Below, one piece after another: positions 47,833-58,640 of a DNA stretch of 64,000 nucleotides. Made by a program: the position numbers and the translations under genes. The DNA comes from Felis catus (taxonomy: Eukaryota), in the NCBI RefSeq assembly GCF_018350175.1, contig NC_058386.1, positions 56,172,001 to 56,236,000 of the forward strand. The letters run 5' to 3'. The first letter of the stretch is position 1; every line of letters begins with the position of its first letter. The notes beneath the pieces were generated by a model. That model did no database searches. It had not been told where the DNA came from and saw only the letters and a program-made list of their open reading frames with translations.

Positions 47833-47999
47833 AGAAATCCTTGACCTGTTCCCTGTGGCCCATCACCCATGTGACAAAAGTGGAAAATTTCAGCCTGGGT
47901 GAAAGTACCTTCCCACTCTGGCTCTACTGAGCCACCATGGGCAATGTGGGGAGGCACAACGTGGCAGGTGGTGGGAACTAAATAGGGCAAAGAGACCTG

Positions 48000-48125
48000 C
48001 TGTGTCCCAATTCTGCCGCTATTGGCAATGTGACCTGGGGTAAGGCCCTCCTCTCTCCAGCTTCCCATTGCAACCCCTAGGTCACAGGGTTGCTCTAGGC
48101 TCCAATGAGTCAAAGGATATAAATA
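48000..48125 (+). mobile_element. MIR fragment
   Basis: tcccaattctgccgctattggcaatgtgacctggggtaag..cacagggttgctctaggctccaatgag. Confidence 0.6.
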
Positions 48126-48132
48126 AACTCTA

Positions 48133-48390
48133 ACAATAATAATTTACTGGGTGCTCACTATGTGCCAGGCACTATTCTAAACACTTTATTAAGTCATTTA
48201 AGCCTCACAGCAACTCTGTGACCCAAGGATCTATTGTTCTGTAATGTCACAGAAGATTGGAAAGAGACCTAAGGCACAGAGAGACTAAGTACCTTGCCCT
48301 AAGTCACAGGGCTAAGCAGTAGAAGGACCCAATTTTAAACCCAGGTGGCCTGGCTCCTGGAGCATCACTCTTAACCACTGTGCTATACTA
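48133..48390 (-). mobile_element. MIR, full length
   Basis: aataataatttactgggtgctcactatgtgccaggcactattctaaacacttta..aaggcacagagagactaagtaccttgccc..ctcttaaccactgtgctatact. Confidence 0.9.
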
Positions 48391-48748
48391 TAAAAGACTG
48401 CACAAGCCTCGGTATTATTTTGCAATAACTGCCTCCAACTAAGGCTGGTTGTGGCTGGAGCTCTTCAGAGGAGAGACTCTTAAGGAAGATTTGGAAACAA
48501 AGAAGGGCCTGCTTTCTGAATCTGTTAGAGGTCTACAGAGGTCAGCTATGCTTGCCCTGACTAGAGTGAAGGGTCCCTTCCCCTCCACAGCCTTGGATTT
48601 GGGGGAGCATCTGGGTGGCTCCCATCTGCTCTGGCTGCGGAGGCGGGGTGGGGAATGGGTGGTGGGGCAAGAGCAGCGGGTGAGCTGATAATCAGAAGCA
48701 GCAGGCCTGCCTGGGCACAGACCAACTGCTTGGCTTGCTTCTACACAG

Positions 48749-48826
48749 CAGCAAGCGCCTGCTGAAAGGGCCCTGCTCCACCCTGGAGCTACTGGTGGTG
48801 GTGGCGGCACAATAATGGAGAGCCTG
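48749..48826 (+). other. candidate 78-nt exon (unverified)
   Basis: cttggcttgcttctacacag| acceptor (NAGNAG) and CTG|GTAAGC donor; one open frame; host gene not identified. Confidence 0.2.
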
Positions 48827-50609
48827 GTAAGCCCCTCCACAGGGCCCAGCTGCCCACCACTCTGCTTTAATAGCTGGGTCCGAGCGGCAAGACCGCAGTC
48901 CAGCAGCTCCTCTGGCGTTGCACACATTCTTCCTGGCTAAGAAGGAACGCAGAGAGCTAACAGGATCCAGATGTGGGTCTGTGCTGGGCTTGAACCCCAA
49001 ATACCCCACATACCAGTCCGGCCACTGATAAACCTGGGGATGCACAGGAGAGCTGCCGGGGACTCCTAGCCTCCTCGAGGGCCTGGAAGCCAGCCTCCAG
49101 CCCCTCTTAGTCATTCTCTAGGGTCCCTCTACGGGCCTAAGAGCTGGGTTCGGGCCTCAACTCCCTCTTTGGATTCTATGCTTCATTCTCATGCTCAGCC
49201 TTCTGGGCAAATCAGCTCCCTCCCCGTGGGAGTTGGAGAGTCTGGTGGGTAGCTCAAGGAGGCCCACCCAAGAGGGTACATGCTCCTGTGTGACTCAGAA
49301 GCTCCATTCCCTGACACTGGTGAATCAAGTAGCCAGCCTGAGCTGGTTCTCTTTGTCCGTGGATGGGGGGCTTTGGGCACCTGTGAGGCCTAGAAGTCGC
49401 AAGACTTGAATGTCGGCCCCAGATCCCCTGTGTCCTTGTGCCATGGCCTGGGCATATCACTTTAGTTTTCTAGAGCTCAGTTACACAATCTCCATAATGA
49501 GACCATTAGTGGGCAGTACTATCATGTGAAGAATATGAATCCTGAGCCTGAGAACTGAAGCTGGCACCTGATGGCACAGAGGGAAAGGAAGCCAACTCTC
49601 CAGAGAGCTCAAGTTGGTGCCATGGCCCCTCATTCCTACATGTTTCCTTTGCCCTCAGGGCCAGACTACACTAAGCAGGAGGAAAGGGGCTGGCCAGGTG
49701 TGTCTAGGCCCCTGCTGCTGGAGTTAGAGGGCTGGGAAGAAAAAGGGAGTAGGTAAATCTGAAGGCCTCCTTGGACATGTTCCTTTAAGAGATGCTGCCA
49801 CTCAGCCTATGGTAGTGTGTTCATCAATAAGCTGTGATCCCTGGCCACTGGCACTCCGTGAATGTGTGGCAGCACAGGGCGCTGGATAAATGGTTTGTAA
49901 TATAATGAGGTGGGTTCTTAAAAAGGTCCCCCTATCCCCACAGCTCTTTTCCAGCCTCCAAAGAGCCCGGTAGAGCCTGAAATTGCACCACGAGCACTTT
50001 AGAGTAAGTTATTATTTGCCATTGACACCGCGCTGTGAATTAGTTGATTAGCTGGCTGGGGTTTTAGGAATAGTGGGGGTGAGAAAACATTTCAGAGGCA
50101 TGAGGAACTGCCTAGAAGGGGGGGATCTGGGCCTTACTCAGGTGCAGGGGGAAGCAGTGCCTAGGCTTCCAAAATGCTGAGCACAGATTGTGAGCTGACA
50201 GAGCAGGGGGCTAAGAAACAGAAGACCTGAGTTTGAGTTCTGCCGTTGCCACGGACCGAGTTGTATAATCACAGTCAGGCCATGTTCCTTTTTTGAGCTT
50301 TAGTGTCCTCTTTTGAGCAATAGGAAGAGCCTGCCCTGGATGAGGAAAAATCAGGTAGAGTGACCTCTAAGTGCTACTCAAGAATAGCATTCAAGGATTT
50401 TAATTCCTCAATGCAGCTCTGAGCTGGGCCTAGCCTAGAGTTCCCCAGTGGTCCTGACAAAGCAGGAAAAATAGAGTCTTGGTAAGAGGAATAAGAGAAA
50501 CTCTGGGCTACAGGAGTAGGGAGTAGGGGGTTCCTGCTTTGTGGGAGACCCAATTCCTCATCTACACAAGCTCAGAAAGGTAGCTCAAGAAAGAGGAGAG
50601 GGAATGAGA

Positions 50610-50866
50610 NNNNNNNNNNNNNNNNNNNNNNNNNNNNNNNNNNNNNNNNNNNNNNNNNNNNNNNNNNNNNNNNNNNNNNNNNNNNNNNNNNNNNNNNNNN
50701 NNNNNNNNNNNNNNNNNNNNNNNNNNNNNNNNNNNNNNNNNNNNNNNNNNNNNNNNNNNNNNNNNNNNNNNNNNNNNNNNNNNNNNNNNNNNNNNNNNNN
50801 NNNNNNNNNNNNNNNNNNNNNNNNNNNNNNNNNNNNNNNNNNNNNNNNNNNNNNNNNNNNNNNNNN
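50610..50866. other. assembly gap (257 N)
   Basis: run of N. Confidence 0.99.
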
Positions 50867-51025
50867 TCAACTCCAACACTGCCTGACCCCCCACCCACTC
50901 CACCACCCCCCAGTCCCCACCAGCAGCAACGCCCTCCCAGCAAATGACCTGTTTTGTGAGCCCTTCCCAAGATTAAACTGGTGCCTTCTGGTGTCCAGTG
51001 TGGGACAGAAATCAGCCAGCCCAGC

Positions 51026-51067
51026 AGGGCTGAGGGCTGAGGACTGAGGGCTGAGGGCTGAGGGCTG
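51026..51067. repeat. (AGGGCTG)6 heptamer tandem repeat
   Basis: five perfect units plus one AGGACTG. Confidence 0.95.
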
Positions 51068-52019
51068 AGGACATACCCTGGGAAAATATGTGCCCACCAG
51101 GGCTTCCATATGAGGCTTTTTTTGGCCGTGGGATACCTTTCTGAGCCTCACTTTCTCCCTCTGTAAACTGGAGTGAGTGGTATTGAATCCAGTGGACTAA
51201 TGTCAGGAAACTGGAAGGGCACACACATGTGTGTGGTGGCAAGCTGTGCACAGGAGACAGGTAGATGTGAATGTGGGCATGCCTGAGAACACCTGTACAC
51301 ACAGGGGCATCTCCAAGTATGGGTACCTGGACCTTGGGCCAACCTCATATGTTTACCATGTGTGTACATGGCAGAACACAAGTGCACATGAGTCCTGATC
51401 TGCAGGGAATCTACCCAGGGCTAGGCCCTGTACACGCTGAGAGAAATGAGACATGGGCTCAGCCTGTGAGGCACACACAGATGCTGTGCATGGAGCATTC
51501 AGAAGTGGGGTGATGACTTCCAGCTGGAAAGGAGCAGGGACGGCTTCCTGAGGGTGGTAGTTTTTAACCCAGGGGGCCAGAAGAGGGGTCCCAATAACAA
51601 CACTCTTTCTCATGGACACAGAGCTTCACATTTTCAATGCCCTTTTATAGGTATTATGTCATTTCTCCCACACATCAAGCCTATAAAGTATGGCTATTAT
51701 CTCCATGTTAGAGATGAGAAGATGAAGGGTTTCAAGCTTCTGGTACCACTTGAGTCTACAGCCACATCCTGGCCCCAGCCCACCCCCCACTCCATCTCCG
51801 CCTGGCCCTGATGCCCTTGGCACCCACAGCCAACATGGTGACCCCAGTTTTCAACCTGTGGCTCATGTAGCTTTCCCTTGCTCTTCACCACCACCTCACA
51901 AAAGTAGAACCTTGGGGGAAGACATTCTTTCTATAGCTTACTGTCCTTCATCTATATCATAACAGGTGCCTAGAATGGAAGCCATATCCCTCAAAAGTAC
52001 CAGGCCATTGTGTACATTC

Positions 52020-52320
52020 AGGTCTCTTCCCACACTGCTTTCTCTGCCTCCTTGTCTGCCTCCTGCACACCTACTAACCTTGCAAGTCTCCCTGGTGCCT
52101 AGTTAGAACTCTGTCACTGCCTCCCTTGTACTTCTTGCCCATCCTTGAAACAATCTCCCAGCATAATACTTAGATAAGACATTCGAATTACCAGTGGACA
52201 TGTCTGTGTCTCCCACCAGATGGTGAGTCCATAAGGGCAGGGGTGATCTCTGATACATTTCTGTTTTTCCATGACTCAGCAGAGCCAGACATTGAGATAT
52301 TTGTGAAAAGAAAGAAGGGA
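52020..52320 (+). mobile_element. L2 3' end
   Basis: acatgtctgtgtctcccaccagatggtgagtccataagggcagggg..gatatttgtgaaaagaaagaa. Confidence 0.75.
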
Positions 52321-53169
52321 GGGCAGGAGAGTCTTTCCAATGTAGACTGGGGTATTCATAGCCTTCATTCTACCAAACACTGTTGAGATAGATGAACATT
52401 TTATGCTCCTTAAATATATCAGCTTTGAAAGGATGAAGTCAAAGGCATGGGGCTGCCATCAAGTGCAAGTCTGAAACAGGAAAGAAGAGTGTGCTATGGC
52501 TGGGACTAGTGACAGGAAATGGGCTACCAGGGTGATGACGTCTTCCTACCAAGGCTGAAGAGCCTCTGGAAAAATCAGGTCCCAATAGCCATGGGGCACA
52601 GCAGGCAGATGTCACAGGCCCCAAAATGACCAGCCCCATAGACAAAGGCAGATTTATTTCTAGGAACTGGAATCCTCTGAAGCTTCATGCATGGGGAAAC
52701 CCTGGAATCTGGTAAGGGGATGTCATCTTGAGTCCCACAAAAAGTGAAGGACAGAGGTATGGAAGGGGTCCCTGATCCTGCATTTTTATTTTTGATCCAC
52801 TCTCCTTGTCCTGAAACCAGTGGGTACTGGCCTAGTCCTGGGGCCGATAGGCTTCCAGCCGGCTCCTGAATGCATAGACGTCCAGCTGGTGCAGAGGCCC
52901 GAGAGGTTAGCAAGGCCATCTCCCAAGCCTCCAGCCCCTTGGAGGCTCCTCCACAGATGGCGGCCACTAGGCCCACATAGGAGGGAGACCAGGCAGTGGG
53001 GCTGGCCCAGAAGAATTTGGCAGGGTGCCAGTAGGCCTGCCCTGGCACAAAGATGTGAGCGGATGGCCGTTGCAACTGGTCTAATTGCTGTCTCATTGGC
53101 TTTCCCAGGGGCTTATTCCAGAGCCAAGCAAAGGGAGATTTCTGTTGCGAGACTTGAGGGAGCCTGAGG

Positions 53170-53235
53170 AGAGGTGGAGTGCCCAGCACTTTGAAAGGCA
53201 TTGACAAACTCCAGCATGCCCAGGGCAGAGGCCCA
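53170..53235 (+). mobile_element. CR1/L3 short fragment
   Basis: gcactttgaaaggcattgacaaactccagcatgcccagggcagag resembles CR1 'F..DIDKLE.VQRR' DNA. Confidence 0.45.
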
Positions 53236-54365
53236 AGTTGGGGGTGGGTGGCGGGGGGAGGGGAACAGGGAGCGAAGAAGCCAGGAGGGACATTCCCATC
53301 ATGTGCTCTTGGCTCCCCCTTAACCCTGTGTCTCCCTCTAGCTGGTGCTCTGTATCTCCTTTTCCCAGGGTCCTTGCTGGCCTGTACCTACTTCTTCACC
53401 TGCACTTGCTACTTGAGACCACTGCTGTCAGCTTCCCATCCCTACTTCAGCTCTCACCCGACCTCAGAGGTCTGTTTACAAAAATCCGTGGATGCTTTTC
53501 TATCCTTAAGTCAGAGGATCTCTCAGCCACATTGGATATTTGTGATCACCTCCTGCTTCATGAAAAGCGCTACTCCCAAATTCTATACTCTCTACTTAGA
53601 GGTGGTTTTCCTGGTTCTCCTTACTTCCTTGACCATTCTTTCTCAGTCCCTTCCCCAGGCCCCTCTTCTTCATCATGCCCCTTAAATACTGGGTTCCCTG
53701 AAGTGCCACTCATGAGCCTCTCCTCACAGATGGTTCCTGGGCATGGTCAGCAACTCCTATGGCTTCTACCACCTCCTCTTGGCAAGTGAATTCCAAATGT
53801 CACCTCAGCCTGGACCACTCTCCCGAGCTTCAGTCAGTATAGATATTTACCTGGTGGTCATCTCCAAAGACACGTCAAATGCCACCTCACCCCAAACAGA
53901 ACTTATGCTCATGGGCCACATTTCTGCCCCTTTCATTTTTCAAAGGGCAGCCCCACAATCCACTCAGGCTCTCAAGCTAGAAACCTTTGCTCCTCCTTCT
54001 CCCTCACCCCTCACATCTAATTAATTACCATGACCTGCCAATTTTACCTCCTTAATAGCTCTGGAATCTATCCCAAGCATTCCATCCCTACAAGCACTGC
54101 CCTAATTCAGGCCTTTATTATTTCTCTGCTGCCAGAGTGCGTCCTCCTCTGACCAGCCTCCACACTGCAGCCAGAGAGACCTTTTCTGCAGACAAATCTG
54201 GGCATGTAATTCCTCAGTTAAAATCCACCAGTGACTCCTCATTGTCCCAGAATAGAGTCTAAGGTCTTCAGCCTGATACATAAGGGCCCTGCTTACCTAC
54301 CTCATCACCTAGCCCTGACATGTACCAGACCCTTCATGGCACATGCAATACCCAGCCTACTCTTT

Positions 54366-54588
54366 TTTTTTTTAATTTTTTTTCAGCGTTTTTATTTATT
54401 TTTGGGACAGAGAGAGACAGAGCATGAACGGGGGAGGGGCAGAGAGAGAGGGAGACACAGAATCGGAAACAGGCTCCAGGCTCTGAGCCATCAGCCCAGA
54501 GCCTGACGCGGGGCTCGAACTCACGGACCGCGAGATCGTGACCTGGCTGAAGTCGGACGCTTAACCGACTGCGCCACCCAGGCGCCCC
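54366..54588 (-). mobile_element. very young felid Can-SINE (SINEC_Fc-like), perfect 17-bp TSD
   Basis: about 15 CpGs; intact A box TGGCGCAGTCGG and B box GTTCGAGCC on minus strand; TSD tacccagcctactcttt at 54349-54365 and 54591-54607. Confidence 0.98.
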
Positions 54589-54634
54589 TGTACCCAGCCT
54601 ACTCTTTAGCTGGCAAACTCCTAATCACATAGTC

Positions 54635-54872
54635 AGCTTGGCGGGGGTGGTCAGGAGTGTGAACTCAGGAGTCTGCCTAGCTAGGCAAGTCATTTACTTT
54701 CTCTGTGCCTTGGTTTCCTTATCTGTGAAATGGGGATATTAACAGTTTTTTATCCCACAATGCTGTATTCATCTCAAAGGGCGTTAATTAGATCATGCTT
54801 GTAAAGCACTTAGAATAGTGCCTGACACGTATTAAGTGCCGTATAAGTGTTAGCTGTTCTTAGCCATTATTA
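54635..54872 (+). mobile_element. MIR
   Basis: ggcaagtcatttactttctctgtgccttggtttccttatctgtgaaatggggata..gtaaagcacttagaatagtgcctgacac. Confidence 0.85.
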
Positions 54873-55109
54873 CCTCTTCAAGGACCAGCTCAGATATTAC
54901 CATCCTTGTGAAGCCACCTTCTCCTCTGAGACGAAGATAAGTGGCCCTCTTCTAGGCCCCTAGAGCCCTGGCTAAATTTCATCATGACACTTGAGACCAC
55001 CTGCATACTGCTTAACCCTCCTCCCCTGCTACTTGATATCAAGGACTGAGGTCTAATTTATCTTTGCATCACTCGTCCTAGCCCAGGACCTTTCATTTGA
55101 GACTCAGAC

Positions 55110-55280
55110 CAGGCAGATAGTATGAATGTCATCTCTATTCTGCAGATGAAGAAACTGAGGCTCAGGGAGGGAAAGGAAATTCACCAAGATCACATAGCTA
55201 GAAACTGGCAAAACATGGAATGAAGCCCAGGTCTGCATGATTCCAAATCCCATGATCTTTCTACTTTACCTAACTGCCTT
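55110..55280 (-). mobile_element. MIR 5' half
   Basis: gcagatgaagaaactgaggctcagggaggg..ccaagatcacatagctagaaactggca..aagcccaggtctg. Confidence 0.85.
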
Positions 55281-56074
55281 GTAGGACGGGGTCTTGAAAT
55301 CTTATCCCTGAAGGAAGGACTAAAGGAACTAGTGAATGCTCTGCCTGGAGGAGAGACAACTCAAGGGCAAGGCCAACCCTCTCCCACCCAGCTGTTTGAA
55401 GCTTACTAGTATGTGTGTTTCAACAGTGGTGCCAACGCATGTGTTGGACATGTGTGGGATGAGATCATGCCAGAATTCTAGAGATGAAAACACAGAGATG
55501 AGTACCTTCATCTAAGAAACCCTACTTTACCTCTGTACAGTCCTCCAGAGTTTATGAAATGTTTTTCCATGCCATTTGGTCATTTGATCAGCCTTGCGCA
55601 CCTGCGATGAGGTAGCCTTGACTCCGATGGGGCAGTGACTGACCCCAACTCACCCAACTCAGAAGTGGCAGAGCTGGGACACCAACATTTAATCAACACA
55701 TAAAGTCTTGAGCAAGCCCCATTTCCTTTTAGCTGGAAGTCTCAGGAGAATGGGACTGTGGCTGGGGAGGGTTTTTACCCTAAGAAACAGGTACATGAAT
55801 GCTGCAGTGGTTTGGGGGTGTCCCGACTAGAGGGAGGAGAGACAAACTAGAAGGTCTCTAAGACTCGGTGTTCTCATCCACCAATGGGAATGACACCCCA
55901 AACCTCACATGGTAGGTGTAAGTCTGAAATGAGACGATACATATAAAATAATTGGAAAGAAATAATAATCGGACAGGTGCCTGGTGCATGGTGAGCACCC
56001 AACAGACACAGCATTGTGTCCCAATTCTTGGAGCACTTGTTACCGTGTAACCGTGACAAAGATGTTTGAGGGAA

Positions 56075-56260
56075 GTCAGCATGTCAAGAACAAGCAGAGC
56101 TAGGTTTCGAATTACCACCTCTGCCCCTTACTGACTGTAGGAACTTGAGAAAAACCTGCCACATCTTCCTTGCCTCACCCGCATGATAGAGATGATCATG
56201 TTTGTCTTACAGAATTATCATATGTGAGAGGACATGCATGGATTGCTTGGCATGGGAGCA
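56075..56260 (+). mobile_element. MIR fragment
   Basis: cagagctaggtttcgaattaccacctctgccccttactgactgt. Confidence 0.6.
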
Positions 56261-56279
56261 GGCGCCAGTCGTGACAGAC

Positions 56280-56498
56280 ACAGTAACTAGGACTTTGGAG
56301 TCATACCACCTGGGTTCCAAGCCCAGCTTCTTTACCTAGGAGCTGTGTGTGACTTTACAAGTCACTTCTCCATGCCTTGGCTTCTTCCTCATGGAGCAGG
56401 TTGCAAAGATTAAATGAGGGAATACATGTCAAGTGCTTAAAACTACTTCTGTCAGAGAGTACTTGCTTTATGCGTGCTGGTGATTATTGTTATTATTA
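56280..56498 (+). mobile_element. MIR
   Basis: ggactttggagtcataccacctgggttccaagcccagct..aagattaaatgag..aagtgcttaaaac..attattgttattatt. Confidence 0.8.
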
Positions 56499-58234
56499 GA
56501 CAGAGGTCTGAGAGGCATGAAATAGTGTGCCCCCCCTTCTCCCAAGGCACTGCATCCCTTCATGAACAAAGACATTAGTTGAGGCCAGTCAGAACAGATT
56601 AGTGGTGTTCCTTTCATGGAATGACCCCTCCAGGGCTGGGGCCCTGCTTGTAGGGTTGCCATGAGCAAGCCAAACCTTAGCCAAGATGCCCCAGGCTCTC
56701 TCCCAGATTAGGCCAGGATGGTCCACAGCCACTGTAAAAAAGCTTTGTTGGACTTGGACAGCTCAGAAATCATTACCTGACATTCCACTCCCTCCCTGAG
56801 GGGCCACGGGTAGAAATTAGGGAACCAATTCATCTCTCACACATCTAACTCTGGCCCCCATGGCTGTACAGGCTATAGGGACTTGGCTTACTGGGTCCCA
56901 GTGGCAGCAGGGGGCAGGGCAGGGTTCAGGGTCAACACCTGGTGTCCAGGCTTCATCAGGTGAGTGCCCCCTGAAGTTCCTGTTCTAGCCCCATTTACAG
57001 CAGGCTTCCCGAAGACCCAGTCACCCACTCTCAGCTTTCATAGCTTCTCCCAGCACTCAGACCTAGCTAGGCCTTTGGGCACCGAGAAGGAAGTAGGAGC
57101 CCAATTCCTGGCCCCCTTGGGTCAGTGCTCTGGGCTGAGCACTCCAGTGGGGTTTTCACACACAAAAGCTGCAGTCTCAAGTTACTGACCCCTCCCCATC
57201 CCAACTGAGCCCACCCCACCCTGCCCCCAGTGCTGTATGGAGGGAAATCAGGAGAAGCTGAGGAATTGTTTGTAATTAGTGTGTTTTTAAAGGCTTTTCC
57301 GTGGGCCTTTAGCAGATTTCTGGGGAGGGCAGCTTGCCAGGGAGCATTGAAATGGAAATCCTGTGTTGAGCCGGGACAGTCTTGGAAGGAGATTCTTCCC
57401 AGAGAAAAGGCCAGAAGCCCCGCCCCCCTCCCCCAAGTCCCCCATGTGCTGCTGTGGTCATGGCAAGGCTCAGCGATGTGGGGGGCTTTGTGGAATGGCA
57501 TTCATGCCCACAGGCCTCAGCTCTGCCTCAGGACCCCAAGGTTTAGCCCCCACATGAAAGTCTGCTCCACAGGCTCCCAGCTCCACTGTCCCTAACCTCA
57601 AGGGCACATCCATTCACCACCCCCTACACACAGAATAACCACCCCCTTTCCCCACTCTTTCCAAGTGGGGGGCACTGGCCCTGGAACATGGCACCTCCAG
57701 GGTGACCTCCTCTGAAGTGACACAGAAGTCACGCATACAAGTAGCAATTTGAAGAACACAACAGTCTCTCCTCCCTGAGCACCATTTTACAGTTTGCACA
57801 TCTGCCAGTCCACCTAGTTATCTGGCAACCCAATGAGGAGCTACTGTCTTTTATCACCATTTTACAAATGGGGCTGGGGGGTAACTTGCCCAAATTTCCT
57901 CAGCTAGCAGAATCACAGAACTGGGCCTGAGGCTGAGGTCTATACGATGTATCTTCCCGCCCCACCCCAGGCCGCCTCTCCCACTCGCTGGCTGACACGC
58001 AGGCAGGACTGTTCTGGTGCAATCCTGGGGCCTTGTGGTCTGGGATCATTTCCTGTGGCCTGAAGTACTTATTTGCAAGTTGTAAGGACTGCCCGTTTTC
58101 TGGAGGCCTCGCTGAATGCTTCCAGCTGGGAATTTAACCTTCTCAGACCCAGCTGTGGATCTTGAGAGCACTCTTCATTCCCACCCATTTCCCTAAAACC
58201 CCTTGAGGTAAATCAGTTGTGTATGGGTGGGGGA

Positions 58235-58345
58235 CAATGGAGGAGCACTGGACTGGGACCCAGAAGACCTGGTCTGGACCGGTTTTGCCACCCACTTGCT
58301 CTGTGACCTTGTGCAAGTTCCTTCACCTCTCTGGCCTCCAATCAA
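58235..58345 (+). mobile_element. MIR 5' fragment
   Basis: gagcactggactgggacccagaagacctgg..tgtgaccttgtgcaagttccttcacctctctggcctc. Confidence 0.7.
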
Positions 58346-58539
58346 GACTTAGAAAGTGTGCTTCCCTGCCTGAGTTTCAAGCCTGGCCTCTTGTTTTCAT
58401 TGGAATATGGATGGGACTGACCTCCCTTTTGCAGCTCCTCCACAGCTCAAGGTCTTAGGAGAAGCAATGGAATTGTGGCTTGTGAAAGCTGGCTAGGTAG
58501 GCCCTTTGGGGATGATGGAAACCAGCCCCCTGCCCCTCC

Positions 58540-58640
58540 AGCATTGTGCAGATGGGAGAACTGAGGCACAGGAAAAGGAAGTGACTTGCCCAGGGTCATC
58601 CAGGGAAACCGATGGTAAGTTCCGGATTAAAATCCAATAC
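58540..58640 (-). mobile_element. MIR fragment
   Basis: gcagatgggagaactgaggcacagg..gaagtgacttgcccagggtca. Confidence 0.75.

Larger units (their letters stand above)
53430..55095 (+). mobile_element. L2 fossil interrupted by a Can-SINE and a MIR
   Basis: ctctcagccacattggatatttgtgatcacctcct..tggttctccttacttccttgacc..ctccacactgcagccagagagaccttt..gactcctcattgtcccagaatagagtctaa; 3' end near 55030-55095. Confidence 0.8.

Noticed and set aside
2867-50866. N-runs as masked exons
   Set aside because: Flanks lack AG/GT splice context on either strand; treated as ordinary assembly gaps
51026-51067. CRISPR-like or immunoglobulin switch-like array
   Set aside because: No spacers, only 42 bp long, eukaryotic context; switch regions span kilobases
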